A DNA stretch of 20,996 nt from Archangium sp. (lineage in GTDB: Bacteria; Myxococcota; Myxococcia; Myxococcales; Myxococcaceae). The translations under genes were made by a program, and so were the position numbers. This document shows, in pieces, positions 1 to 8,985 of the stretch. Where the stretch lies: positions 1 through 20,996 of the forward strand of contig JANLPS010000269.1 in assembly GCA_031367385.1 (NCBI GenBank), written 5' to 3'. Within the stretch, counting starts at the first letter, position 1, and each line of letters starts with the position of its first letter. The notes under the pieces are model-generated. The model was not told where the DNA came from. It saw only the letters and a list, made by a program, of their open reading frames with translations, and did not search any database.

Positions 1-1529
1 ACCAGCGCTTCGAGCGACGGAGCCAGCATCGTCTCGGCCACCAACACCGAGTCGGCATCTTTGCCGGTGACCAAGAAAAATTGGCTCTCGGGCACTGACG
101 AAAACAGCGCGCGCGCCCGAGTCTCGGCCTCGGTCACTGACGGCTCGGGGTTCTGAAACGTGTGAATGTCGTCTTCTGTGCGCAGGCGCGCGAGACCGAT
201 GGCGCTGAGAATGATGCCGACCACCAGCAGCCCGATGATCAGGCGGCGCTTGGCGAAGAAGGCGTCGACTCGCACGAGCACGGTGAAGGCGATGTCGCGG
301 GGCTTGGTGCTCCAGGCACGGTAGCCCTTGAGCAACACGGGGAACGAGAGGATCACGCTCAAGAACGCGGTCGAGAGCGCTGCGGTCGCGAAGAGCGCCA
401 GCTCCCTCAGGCCTGGAAACGGAGTCGCGGCGAGCGAAGCGTACGCAAGCACGCTCGTGGCCATGCCGAGAAACAACGGCCAGCGCAGACGTCGTACGGC
501 TTCTTCAGCGTCCCAGTGGCCGGTCTCTTGAAACGAGTCAGAGAGCACGTGCAACGCGTAGTCGATGGCCACTCCGGCCAGGCTCGACCCGAGCACCAGG
601 GTCAGCACGTGCACGTGGCCGAACACCGCGATGGTGGCGAGCAGGCCGCCCATCATGCCCATGCCGATCGCCAGGCTCGAGAGCACCAGTGAGCGCGCGC
701 TGCGAAAGACGAAGAGCACCAAGACGATCGAACCGATCCACGAGCCCAAGCCGATGGTCGACATCTCCTGCTTGGCCGATTTCGCGGCGGCTGAGGCGTG
801 AAAGGCGATGCCCATGCCGAGCAGCTGGGAGCCCGCGGGAGCAGCCTTCGCCGCGGCGTTGTAACTATCGACCACGTGCTCGGGGCCGCCTTCAGAAAAA
901 GCGCCCTGCTTGTTGCGCGCGTCGATGATGCCCCAGCGTTTGCCTTCGCCTTCGACCCAGGCGATGCCCGTGTCGGTATCGACCGAGACGCCTGGCCGCT
1001 CGAGCGAGGTCAGAAACCCGAGGGTCAAGCCCAGCGGGTCTTTGGTCAGCAGCGCCGCACGCCCAGCGCCCATCGGGCTAAACAGCTGGGCCTGGGCTTC
1101 GTCGAGAAATGCCTGCGCGTCACCCTTTTCGAGCTGGGCCTCGGCCTCGCGCGACAAAAGCTGCCAGCGATGTGACGAGATCAGCTCGAAGGTCTTCGAC
1201 GAATCGAAGTTCCGCGCGCACGTGACCTCGGCGAACGCAGACGAGCCTTTGAGCGACGTGCAGACGGCCCGAACCGCCGCGGTCAAATCAGCACCAGGTG
1301 GCACTCCCACCAGAATCAGTGTTCGCTCGCCGAGCCGGTTTTGAAACGTGTCGATGGCCTTCGACAGCTCGAGCGAGCGCTCGTCTTTGGGCAGCAACGC
1401 CAGCAAGTCACTCTCGACCGGCAAGCCGCGCCAGACCACCACTCCGAGCACCACCGACATGGCCAGCGCGACGACCAACCAGACCGTGAAGGCGATTTTG
1501 CTACTTCGTGACAAGCCGAGTCTCTTCAT
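1..1529 (-). CDS. MMPL/RND-family exporter (ApeM-like), 3' end outside window
   Basis: Absent from the ORF track because there is no stop in the window. Manual minus-strand reading from ATG 1529 (alternative TTG 1514) gives MKRLGLSRSSKIAFTVWLVVALAMSVVLGVVVWRGLPVESDLLALLP...: one TM helix, a periplasmic loop, then a TM bundle with 'LTLVLGSSLAGVAIDYALH' (GxxxDY MMPL motif) and 'TPFPGLRELALF'. Directly follows the LolA-like gene. Confidence 0.9.
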   Translation of the reverse strand, partial: MKRLGLSRSSKIAFTVWLVVALAMSVVLGVVVWRGLPVESDLLALLPKDERSLELSKAIDTFQNRLGERTLILVGVPPGADLTAAVRAVCTSLKGSSAFAEVTCARNFDSSKTFELISSHRWQLLSREAEAQLEKGDAQAFLDEAQAQLFSPMGAGRAALLTKDPLGLTLGFLTSLERPGVSVDTDTGIAWVEGEGKRWGIIDARNKQGAFSEGGPEHVVDSYNAAAKAAPAGSQLLGMGIAFHASAAAKSAKQEMSTIGLGSWIGSIVLVLFVFRSARSLVLSSLAIGMGMMGGLLATIAVFGHVHVLTLVLGSSLAGVAIDYALHVLSDSFQETGHWDAEEAVRRLRWPLFLGMATSVLAYASLAATPFPGLRELALFATAALSTAFLSVILSFPVLLKGYRAWSTKPRDIAFTVLVRVDAFFAKRRLIIGLLVVGIILSAIGLARLRTEDDIHTFQNPEPSVTEAETRARALFSSVPESQFFLVTGKDADSVLVAETMLAPSLEAL

Positions 1530-2109
1530 CGGGCGTCAGCGGCGCGTTGAAGGCGTGCCCGGCGAACGAGGTCGTCGTGGTGTCTCCCGAGAGCTCGAAC
1601 AAATCGACGCGGTCGACCGCCGTGTTGCCAGTGATCTCCAGCCGCTTGGCGATCTTCGAGAACAGCCCGCCCTTCGGAGTCAGCACCAGCTTCCACCCGT
1701 CGGCCTTCACGTCACCCGTGATGTCGAAGTCAGCGTCGAGCTTGGCCCAGTCACCGGTGAGCGAAGCAACGAACAGCCGTGAAATCACCTGCATCGAAGG
1801 CTGCGCGGCGACGTCGAGCGCGACCGTCACCCTGCCCTTGACCCGCTGCACCAACCTCGTCGGAGTCATCAGCGTCTCGCTCGCCAACGGCTTCTCGACC
1901 AACCACAGCAGCCCCTTACTTCGCTCGTACACCAGCCGGCCGGTCGACTTGAGCGGCTTGGTGAGCCCCTCGACATGCTTCTCTTCGACGAACGTGGCGT
2001 GCAGCGTGTCGAACGGCGTCAGCTTGGCGTTGACCTGCTGCGCAGCCGTCGGAGCGGCCATCGCCGCTGAAGCAAACACCAGCGCGCAGATGAGCACCAC
2101 ACGAGCCAT
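1501..2109 (-). CDS. LolA-like outer-membrane lipoprotein carrier protein (ApeL-like)
   Basis: Start moved to ATG 2109, 2 nt after the upstream stop. Signal peptide MARVVLICALVFASAAMA; 'ATFVEEKHVEGLTKPLKSTGRL..KGLLWLVEKP' and 'WKLVLTPK' are typical of the LolA fold. Confidence 0.85.
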   Translation of the reverse strand: MARVVLICALVFASAAMAAPTAAQQVNAKLTPFDTLHATFVEEKHVEGLTKPLKSTGRLVYERSKGLLWLVEKPLASETLMTPTRLVQRVKGRVTVALDVAAQPSMQVISRLFVASLTGDWAKLDADFDITGDVKADGWKLVLTPKGGLFSKIAKRLEITGNTAVDRVDLFELSGDTTTTSFAGHAFNAPLTPDEETRLVTK

Positions 2110-2111
2110 CG

Positions 2112-3623
2112 TCAAGGTCCCCACTGGCGGGTTTGAATGCACTCAATCGCCGCGCGCAATTCGCGTTCGAGCGCCCGGTCTTCAGTCACGAAGGCGGACA
2201 CGCTTCGAACCTGTTCGAAGAGCCTCTTCATTCCCGGCTGTTCGATCTTCGCCTCGCCTCGAAGCACACGAATTTCAACGCCTTGCGCGGCCGCGAGGGC
2301 CAGGGAAGCGGCGATTCGCTCGGTGAGCTCGAGCACCTGCAGCGCGTCGCGGGCCGAGATGCTGCCCATGCTGACCTTGTCTTGGTTATGGGTCTCCGTC
2401 GAGCGCGAGAACGACGCCGCCGGCATCGTCAACTTGAGCGCTTCTGCCGCGTAGGCCGAGGCGCCGATCTGCACCGCCTTGAAGCCGTGGTTCAGCGGCC
2501 TGCGGGCTTCGGTCGAGCCCGACAAGTTCGCCGGCAACCCGTGGTTGAAGCGCGCGTCGACCAGCAAGGCGAGCTGGCGATCCATCAAGTCGCCAATGCT
2601 GGCGACCGCGGCCTTCATCGAGTCCATCGCGAAGGCGATGTGGCCTCCGTAGAAGTGGCCTCCGTGCAAGGCCTGGCCGGTCTCTGGGTCGAAGAGCGGG
2701 TTGTCGTTGGCGCTGTTGAGCTCGATCTCGATGAACTGCCGCAGCCAGGGGAAGCTGTCGGCCAACACGCCGATCACATGGGGCGCACACCGCAGCGAGT
2801 AGCGGTCTTGCAACCGAACCTGTTGGCCGTTCGGCGCCGAGAGGTCAGCCCGAATCCACTTCGCGACTTGTCGTTGCCCCGGGTGCGGCTTGGCGGCGAA
2901 CAGCGCGTCATCGAAGTGCGCGGCGTTGCCATTCGTGGCCAGCGACACCATCGCGGTCAACCGGCTCGACAACCGCACCAGGTTCTCGGCCCGCGCGAAC
3001 GCCAGGCACGCCTGCGCCGTCATCACCGCGGTACCGTTCATCAACGCAAGGCCCTCTTTGGGCGTCAGCCGCAGCGCGGTCAGCTTCTTCTCGGCGAACA
3101 CCTCAGGCGTCTCGCGCCGCACGCCCTCGACGAACACCTCGCGCTCGCCCGCCAACACCGCGGCCACGTACGACAGCGGCGTCAAATCACCGCTCGCGCC
3201 CACCGACCCCCCTTCGGGGATCACCGGCAGCACGTCTTCGCGCAGCAACGCGAGCAGCCGCTTGATGAGCTCGACCCGCACACCTGAATACCCTGCCGCC
3301 AGCGAGGTCGCGCGGGTCAACAACACCGCCCGCACCGTGGCCGCCGACAACGGAGGCCCCAACCCGACGCCATGGTACGTGAACAGCGCGTGCGACAGCT
3401 CATCAACCATCTCGGAGGGAATCTGCACCGTCACTGAGTCACCGAGGCCGGTGGTGACGCCGTAGACGCCGCCGGGTTGCGCGCGCAGCTTCTCGAGCAG
3501 CGCCTGACTCTCTTCGATGCGCCCGACGACCTCGGGCTTGGTCGACAGCTCGACCTTGCTGCGCCGCTCAGCGACCGCGACGACGTCTTCGATGGTGATG
3601 GGTGCTTCGCCGAGCCGAATCAT
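2112..3623 (-). CDS. MIO-dependent aromatic amino acid ammonia-lyase (HAL/PAL/TAL family)
   Basis: VYGVTTGLG, GSVGASGDL (Ala-Ser-Gly MIO), PKEGLALMNGT, QDRYSLRC, NDNP, GGHFYG, HNQDKVSMG. ATG 3623 overlaps the upstream TGA (ATGA). Confidence 0.95.
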   Translation of the reverse strand: MIRLGEAPITIEDVVAVAERRSKVELSTKPEVVGRIEESQALLEKLRAQPGGVYGVTTGLGDSVTVQIPSEMVDELSHALFTYHGVGLGPPLSAATVRAVLLTRATSLAAGYSGVRVELIKRLLALLREDVLPVIPEGGSVGASGDLTPLSYVAAVLAGEREVFVEGVRRETPEVFAEKKLTALRLTPKEGLALMNGTAVMTAQACLAFARAENLVRLSSRLTAMVSLATNGNAAHFDDALFAAKPHPGQRQVAKWIRADLSAPNGQQVRLQDRYSLRCAPHVIGVLADSFPWLRQFIEIELNSANDNPLFDPETGQALHGGHFYGGHIAFAMDSMKAAVASIGDLMDRQLALLVDARFNHGLPANLSGSTEARRPLNHGFKAVQIGASAYAAEALKLTMPAASFSRSTETHNQDKVSMGSISARDALQVLELTERIAASLALAAAQGVEIRVLRGEAKIEQPGMKRLFEQVRSVSAFVTEDRALERELRAAIECIQTRQWGP

Positions 3624-5287
3624 GACTGGTGCCAGAAGGGGAAGAAATTGAACCACTGCAGGGGAGCAAGCTCACAATAATGACTCAGCCGATCAGCGAA
3701 GCGCTGCACCGACTCGGCGAGCACGGCATTGCGGGTTGCCCTCGACCACTCGAGGCGCTCGGTCAGCAGCTCATAGTGTACGTGGTACCGCCCGTTCTGT
3801 TTCAACGCGACCACCAACATCATTGGGCACCCCAACACACCCGCTAGCACATGCGGCCCCGCGGGAAACGGGGCTCGCGCGCCCAGAAAATTGGCGTCGA
3901 CGCTGCGGTCACTGCTCACCGGCACGCGGTCGGCGGCGACGACGATCCACTCTCCGGCGGCGACCCGGTCGGCCATGTTCATCGCCACATCGGGCGTGAA
4001 ATCGGTCACTTCGACCAGGGTCGGCTTTCGGGTCGGCTTCGCCTTCTCGAGAATTCGGTTGAAGCTCGCCGCGTGCTTGGTGTGCACCAGAATCGTCAGG
4101 CGCAGGTTCGGGTTGTCTTCAGAGAGCGCCTGCATCGCCTCGAGGTTGCCCACATGCGCGGTCAACACCACGCCGCCCTGCCCTCGTGAAACGCGCTCGT
4201 TCATCACCTCTCGCGCGTGTGCGGTGACGTCATTCAAGGTGATGCCGCCCGAGAAGATCAGCACCTTGTCGAGCATCACCTGCCCCAGCGAGACGAAGTG
4301 CTTGAAGCTCAGCCCCCAGGTTGGCTTGAGCCCAAGCCCGGGAGCGGTCGCGCTGAGCCGTTGCAGATACTCGAGCGAGCCCCGGCGCGCGCGGCTGACG
4401 GCCAGAAAATAGTAGAGCATCACCGGGTACAAGATGGCGGTGAACAGGCCGCGGCCAAAGATGCGGTAGGCCAGCACCATCAGCTGCATGCCCACCACCG
4501 AGCCACGCTCTCCCATGCGCGCCCAGTGGGTCGGGCGCTGCTCCCAGGGTTGCCCGAACAGCTTGCGCCAAAAGATCACCGGCGTGCGCAGCACCATCCC
4601 GAAGAACAGGCGCGTCTGCATCCACGTCAGGCGCGCGTTGTCGTTGAACATCTCAAAATGCGACACGCCGTCAGACGGGTACGTCACCGGAGTCGGAATT
4701 TGCCGAATCTCGACCCCAGCCCAATGCAGTCGCACCAGCAGCTCGACGTCGAAATCCATTCGCTGGCCGATGCGGGCGCGGTCGATCAACGCGACCACTC
4801 TCGCGAGCGGGTAGACGCGGTAGCCGCACATCGAGTCTTTGATGTCGAACGAGAGCGTGTTGATCCACACCCAGATGTGGGTGAGGTAGCGGCCATAGAG
4901 GCGGCCCTTGGGCACCGAGGCGTCGAAGACCGGTTGCCCCGAGATGACGGCGTCAGGGTGATCGGCGCTGGTCTGAAGAAAGCGCGGCAAGTCGGCGATG
5001 CGATGCTGCCCATCGGCGTCGATTTGAACGGCGTGGGTGAACCCGCGGGTGTTGGCCTCGCGCAGCCCGGCAGAGACGGCTCCGCCTTTGCCCAGGTTCT
5101 CGGGCAGCTTGACCAGGCAGACCCAGCTCGATTCACGCGTGGCCAGTTCTTCGAGCACTGCGCGGCATTCGGGGCTGCTGCCATCATCGACCAGAATTAC
5201 CGGCAGCGCGTGCACCCGCAGATCTTCGACCACCGCACCGATGGCGCGCTCATGGTTGTAGACGGGTATGACGACGCAGGTCTTCAC
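3620..5287 (-). CDS. Glycosyltransferase family 2 fused to an LpxL-like acyltransferase (ApeJ-like)
   Basis: GTG 5287 overlaps the upstream TGA. N-terminal VIPVYNH, VDDGS, GKGGA, DADGQH, DSMCGYRVYP; C-terminal AHVGNLE, ADR, FLGARAPFPAGP, PLQWFNFFPFW. Confidence 0.92.
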   Translation of the reverse strand: MKTCVVIPVYNHERAIGAVVEDLRVHALPVILVDDGSSPECRAVLEELATRESSWVCLVKLPENLGKGGAVSAGLREANTRGFTHAVQIDADGQHRIADLPRFLQTSADHPDAVISGQPVFDASVPKGRLYGRYLTHIWVWINTLSFDIKDSMCGYRVYPLARVVALIDRARIGQRMDFDVELLVRLHWAGVEIRQIPTPVTYPSDGVSHFEMFNDNARLTWMQTRLFFGMVLRTPVIFWRKLFGQPWEQRPTHWARMGERGSVVGMQLMVLAYRIFGRGLFTAILYPVMLYYFLAVSRARRGSLEYLQRLSATAPGLGLKPTWGLSFKHFVSLGQVMLDKVLIFSGGITLNDVTAHAREVMNERVSRGQGGVVLTAHVGNLEAMQALSEDNPNLRLTILVHTKHAASFNRILEKAKPTRKPTLVEVTDFTPDVAMNMADRVAAGEWIVVAADRVPVSSDRSVDANFLGARAPFPAGPHVLAGVLGCPMMLVVALKQNGRYHVHYELLTERLEWSRATRNAVLAESVQRFADRLSHYCELAPLQWFNFFPFWHQS

Positions 5288-7062
5288 GCGCGGCTTGGCG
5301 CGTTGAGCACCACCCGGCCAGACGAGCACGGGCCCTTCGCAGACGCATACGAGAACAACAGGCGCTGCTTCGGCACGCTCCACTCGAGCGAGAGCCGCAA
5401 GGTCACGCCCGGCTGAATCACCCGGTGAAATTTCACCGCTTCGAGCTTCGAAAACCCGGTCGCGGGCACTGGCAGATACTCGCGCGCGAGGCGAACCGCC
5501 CAGTCGAGCTGCGCGACCCCCGGCACCACCGGCGCCTCGGGGAAATGACCGTCGAGCGCGGCCAGGTCGGGCTCGATGTCGAGGGTGAGCTCCATGCCCG
5601 CCGCGGTCGTCTTCGCCTCGAGCACCTTGGGCATCGAAGCCCGAGCCCCTGTGAGCAGCTCGACCAACGACGCTTGCGTCACCTTGCCCATCGAGTTGAC
5701 CGGCAGCGCGTTCACGAAGCGAAAGCGTCGAATGTTGGCGACCACCGGCAGGTGCGCGGGCAACGTCTTCTTCAGCGCAGCAGTCAACGCGAGCCGGCCG
5801 TGATCGTTCATGAAGGTCTGGCCCTCGAGGCTGAGCACCACCACCGCGCCGATCTCATGACGAACGCCCGCGTCGAGCAACGCCACCTTCGCTTCGGCCA
5901 CCAAGAGGCTCGTGAGCAACGCGCCTTCGAGATCTCCCAGCGAGACGCGCTTGTCTTCGACCTTGACCACCCGATCCATTCGGCCGAGGAGCTGGAACGC
6001 GTCGCCATGCAGCTCGATCGCGTCGTCCATGGCGTACTGTTCAGTTGCCACGGGCAAGTGAGGCGATCGAACCAACAGCGCGCCATCGTCTCGACGCCGC
6101 ACCTCAACACCTGCAAAGGCGCGCCAGGGCTCTTGATTTCGCCGCGTCGCGACTCCGCCAGTCTCGCTCGAGCCGAAGATCTCGATCACGGGTTGCCCGA
6201 GCCAGCGGTTGATGTTCGACCCGACCTCGTCGGCGAGCACTCCGCCCGATGAGCAGGCCGCGACTACCTTGCCGGTCACGCTTGCCCAAGGCAGGTCAGC
6301 CCACAGGCGGCGGTAGAATGCCGGGCTCGAGACCCACGCCACCCGCGCGTGCCTGGCCGTCTCGTCGAACCACTTCTCGGGGAAGAGTGACGCTTCGCTC
6401 ACGAAGGTGCGGCCCGCTGCGAGGGGCCAGGCGACCCGAAAGAGAAAACCGTAGAGGTGTTGCTGGCTGGCGGTGCCGAGAATCAAGGCGTCGCCGAAGG
6501 TGGGGCCAAAGGTGCGCTCGAGGGTGGCGACCTCGGCGTCGATTTGGCTGAGCTTTTTCTCGACGGCCTTCGGCGCGCCGTTCGAGCCTGAGGTGAAGAC
6601 GATCAAGGCGGGCTCTGCAGGGCGGGCCGATGGTTCGTGGTCGTGGTCGTGGTTCGACAGGCTCACCATGAGAGTTGTGGGCTGATCCCCACCGGGCTGA
6701 TCCCCAGCGGGCTGATCCCCACCCCGTACCCCAACCTTGATCGGAATGCCCCCCTCGCCGACCCACAGCGAGGTCTCGCCCGCAGGTACGCCGCCGGGGT
6801 GACCTGGCAGACACACGGTGACCCCCAAGTGCCACAGGGCCATTAACCCGACGGCGAAGGGGTACGCATCGGTCGTGTACAGCACGGCCTTGCGCTCACG
6901 CGGAGCCTTGCCCAGCTCACGCACCAGCGCCCCGACGTCAGCCTGAAACTGCGCCCACGTGACGACGCGACCGGCGTGCACGGCCACTGCTGAATCGGCC
7001 GGTACGCCCTGCCCCAGCACCTCCGTCAGCCTCACCAGTGCATGTGCAGACGCAGCGACCAC
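5284..7062 (-). CDS. AMP-binding acyl/aryl-ACP ligase fused to a C-terminal FabA/FabZ-like hotdog dehydratase (ApeH-ApeI-like)
   Basis: FTSGSNGAPK, EIFGSSETGG, LLGRMDRVVK, NSMGKV adenylation motifs; C-terminal LDGHFPEAPVVPGVAQLDW hotdog motif. AGGAG lies upstream of the GTG. Confidence 0.9.
   Translation of the reverse strand: MVAASAHALVRLTEVLGQGVPADSAVAVHAGRVVTWAQFQADVGALVRELGKAPRERKAVLYTTDAYPFAVGLMALWHLGVTVCLPGHPGGVPAGETSLWVGEGGIPIKVGVRGGDQPAGDQPGGDQPTTLMVSLSNHDHDHEPSARPAEPALIVFTSGSNGAPKAVEKKLSQIDAEVATLERTFGPTFGDALILGTASQQHLYGFLFRVAWPLAAGRTFVSEASLFPEKWFDETARHARVAWVSSPAFYRRLWADLPWASVTGKVVAACSSGGVLADEVGSNINRWLGQPVIEIFGSSETGGVATRRNQEPWRAFAGVEVRRRDDGALLVRSPHLPVATEQYAMDDAIELHGDAFQLLGRMDRVVKVEDKRVSLGDLEGALLTSLLVAEAKVALLDAGVRHEIGAVVVLSLEGQTFMNDHGRLALTAALKKTLPAHLPVVANIRRFRFVNALPVNSMGKVTQASLVELLTGARASMPKVLEAKTTAAGMELTLDIEPDLAALDGHFPEAPVVPGVAQLDWAVRLAREYLPVPATGFSKLEAVKFHRVIQPGVTLRLSLEWSVPKQRLLFSYASAKGPCSSGRVVLNAPSRA
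6635..6652. repeat. 3 x 6-bp tandem repeat (TCGTGG) encoding part of HDHDH
   Basis: tcgtgg at 6635, 6641 and 6647, inside the AMP-ligase gene. Confidence 0.85.
6649..6675 (-). repeat. REP-like short hairpin element, copy 1 (in frame inside the AMP-ligase)
   Basis: Minus strand reads ACTCTCATGGTGAGCCTGTCGAACCAC; stem TGGT-GAG/CGA-ACCA with tandem G.A pairs. Related copy at 14494-14520. Confidence 0.55.
6679..6723. repeat. 3 x 15-bp tandem repeat encoding GGDQP-AGDQP-GGDQP
   Basis: gggctgatccccacc / gggctgatccccagc / gggctgatccccacc. Confidence 0.95.
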
Positions 7063-7064
7063 CT

Positions 7065-7316
7065 TTAGGCCGACTCCTGCAGCGATTTGTGAATCGCGTC
7101 GACCACGTCTTGCACGGTGCGCACGGCCTTGAAGTCGTCGGCGGGCAGCCGCTTGCCGGTCAAGTCGTGCATCTGCATCGCCAGGTCGACGGCGTCGATG
7201 CTGTCGATCTTCAAGTCTTCGTACAGGTTCGCGCTCGGCGTAATGCGTTCTGCCGGCACCTCGAACATGTCGATTAGAATTTTGGTCAGGTGCCCCGAAA
7301 TTTCATCTTTGGTCAT
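7065..7316 (-). CDS. Acyl carrier protein (ApeF-like)
   Basis: 83 aa, acidic, DLKIDSIDAVD phosphopantetheine motif; ATGA overlap with the upstream ACP. Confidence 0.95.
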   Translation of the reverse strand: MTKDEISGHLTKILIDMFEVPAERITPSANLYEDLKIDSIDAVDLAMQMHDLTGKRLPADDFKAVRTVQDVVDAIHKSLQESA

Positions 7317-7573
7317 GTTGCTCTCGCGGTACCAATGAGCTCGGTCAGCGCTCGAACCGACTTGAAGTGCGCGCGTGCGTCTTGCGAGCTCGAGTCAACC
7401 GTCACTCCATATTTCTTGCGCAACGCCACCGCGATCTCGAGCGCGTCGATCGAATCGAGGCCGAGGCCTTCGCCAAAGAGCGGGGCCTCCGTATCGATGT
7501 CGGCGGGGGTCACGTCTTCGAGGTTCAACGCCTCGATGATCAATTGTTTCACTTCAAAGGCCAGGTCACTCAT
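7313..7573 (-). CDS. Acyl carrier protein (ApeE-like)
   Basis: 86 aa, PLFGEGLGLDSIDALE phosphopantetheine motif typical of the first ACP in these clusters. Confidence 0.95.
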   Translation of the reverse strand: MSDLAFEVKQLIIEALNLEDVTPADIDTEAPLFGEGLGLDSIDALEIAVALRKKYGVTVDSSSQDARAHFKSVRALTELIGTARAT

Positions 7574-8324
7574 GCGTCGAAAGCTCTCGGGTCATCACGG
7601 TCTGGAGGTACTCGTTGAGCCGTCGCGACGCGATTGGAGCCGCACCCATGGCTCGAAACGGCTGCAGCTCGATGTCTTCGCACGCTGTGAGCGTGAAGTG
7701 CCACTTTTTCGGGGGAATTCGGTACCACGGGTAGCCCTTGGTCAGCGTGTGCGGTTTACAGGTCAGCACCACCGGCGTTACCACCGTCGCCCCCTTGATG
7801 GCGATGTGGGCCGCCCCCCGCTGAAAGACCACGTCGGTGTCAGGCACCGTTCGCGTGCCCTCGGGGAAGATGATGAACGGCTCACCTCGCGTCAGTGAGC
7901 TCACCGCGCCCTCGAGCATCTCTTCGGTCGAGTCGTTGGTGACGTAGTTCGACGAGATCACGCCCCACCGGGTGACGATGTTGCGCCGCAGGCTGCCCTT
8001 GACGATGCACCCGGCGTTCGGCACCCAGGCCAACAAGAACATGATGTCGAGGAACATCGGGTGGTTGGCGACGATCAGCTGCCCCGGCCGGCCCAGCTGG
8101 GCGACCCCATGCGATTCCCAGGTGCAGATGCCGAGGGCTCGCATGAAGCGCAGAAAAATCTGAAACCACAGGCGCACCAGGTCGCGGGTCACGCGCTGCC
8201 GCCGCCGTTCGGGCAGGAGCAAGAGCGTCGGGTACAGCACCGTCCACACGAGGCTGACGAGGCCGAAGGTGAAGAAGCTCAGGTAGGTGCCGAAGCCCCG
8301 CCAGACCCGGTTAAGCGACCACAT
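7566..8324 (-). CDS. Lysophospholipid/PlsC-family acyltransferase (ApeD-like)
   Basis: Start moved to ATG 8324 (MWSLNRVWR). N-terminal TM segment, NHPMFLD (HX4D) and FPEGTR motifs. Confidence 0.92.
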   Translation of the reverse strand: MWSLNRVWRGFGTYLSFFTFGLVSLVWTVLYPTLLLLPERRRQRVTRDLVRLWFQIFLRFMRALGICTWESHGVAQLGRPGQLIVANHPMFLDIMFLLAWVPNAGCIVKGSLRRNIVTRWGVISSNYVTNDSTEEMLEGAVSSLTRGEPFIIFPEGTRTVPDTDVVFQRGAAHIAIKGATVVTPVVLTCKPHTLTKGYPWYRIPPKKWHFTLTACEDIELQPFRAMGAAPIASRRLNEYLQTVMTRELSTHE

Positions 8325-8985
8325 GGTGGCTCCAGACCCAGTCGTGGTGCTCGCCGATTTGCCGCATCGAAGCGTTCTCGGTGCTCGCCAACAGTGACTT
8401 GAGCGCCCGGCTGGTGGCGACGCCCCCGTTGATCGCCGCGGGGCCAGAGCGATCATCACGCTCGATCACCAGGTTCGGCGCGCCTCGGCCGAGCAGCGCG
8501 ACCACCGCCCAACGTTCATTTTCTTGAGGCATTTCAGTGCGATACGGCTCAGGGAGTGGCTCGTCGTAGGCGGCGACCAGCACCTGGTCGAAGTCGAGCA
8601 GCAGGCCCGCAGCTTCGAGAAAGCCCGCCGCCAGCGTGTCGTCGCCCGCGCTGACCGAGACCGACTCGCTTCGGTCGTGACGAAAAATCGAGGCCTGGCC
8701 AACGATGGCGTTGTGCACCGAGTGGCTGAACTCGGCCGGTGACAGCGGCTCTTTCTTCACCAGTTCGGTCAGCATGCGGTGCGTCGAGATGACCTCACCG
8801 TGGCGAGAAGCGAACACCGTAGGCAGGTGCTGCTCGGGGGGCACCAGCTGCCACATCACCTCGAGGGTGACGCGCGCGAGGGGGCTCAGGCGACGGCGCT
8901 GCATGGGCGCCAAAAAGTCGACCCTCGGAGCGGGATCGCCCTCGTGCCATGTCGCCCATCGTTCAACGCGAACTGCCACCTTCAT
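8311..8985 (-). CDS. Beta-ketoacyl synthase chain length factor-like protein (ApeC-like)
   Basis: PMQRRRLSPLAR, VFASRHGE, LSPAEFSHSVHNAIVG, YDEPLPEPY; short KS N-terminal-like fold with no catalytic Cys motif. GAGG 7 nt upstream of the ATG; first gene of the operon. Confidence 0.9.
   Translation of the reverse strand: MKVAVRVERWATWHEGDPAPRVDFLAPMQRRRLSPLARVTLEVMWQLVPPEQHLPTVFASRHGEVISTHRMLTELVKKEPLSPAEFSHSVHNAIVGQASIFRHDRSESVSVSAGDDTLAAGFLEAAGLLLDFDQVLVAAYDEPLPEPYRTEMPQENERWAVVALLGRGAPNLVIERDDRSGPAAINGGVATSRALKSLLASTENASMRQIGEHHDWVWSHHVVA

Noticed and set aside
2112..3623. Naming the lyase hutH
   Set aside because: It lacks the Ser-His signature and hut context, and is embedded in a biosynthetic operon.
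162..8949. Many long plus-strand ORFs (e.g. 2133-3287, 4217-5416, 5425-6252)
   Set aside because: Antisense to motif-supported minus-strand genes; long shadow ORFs are expected at high GC.
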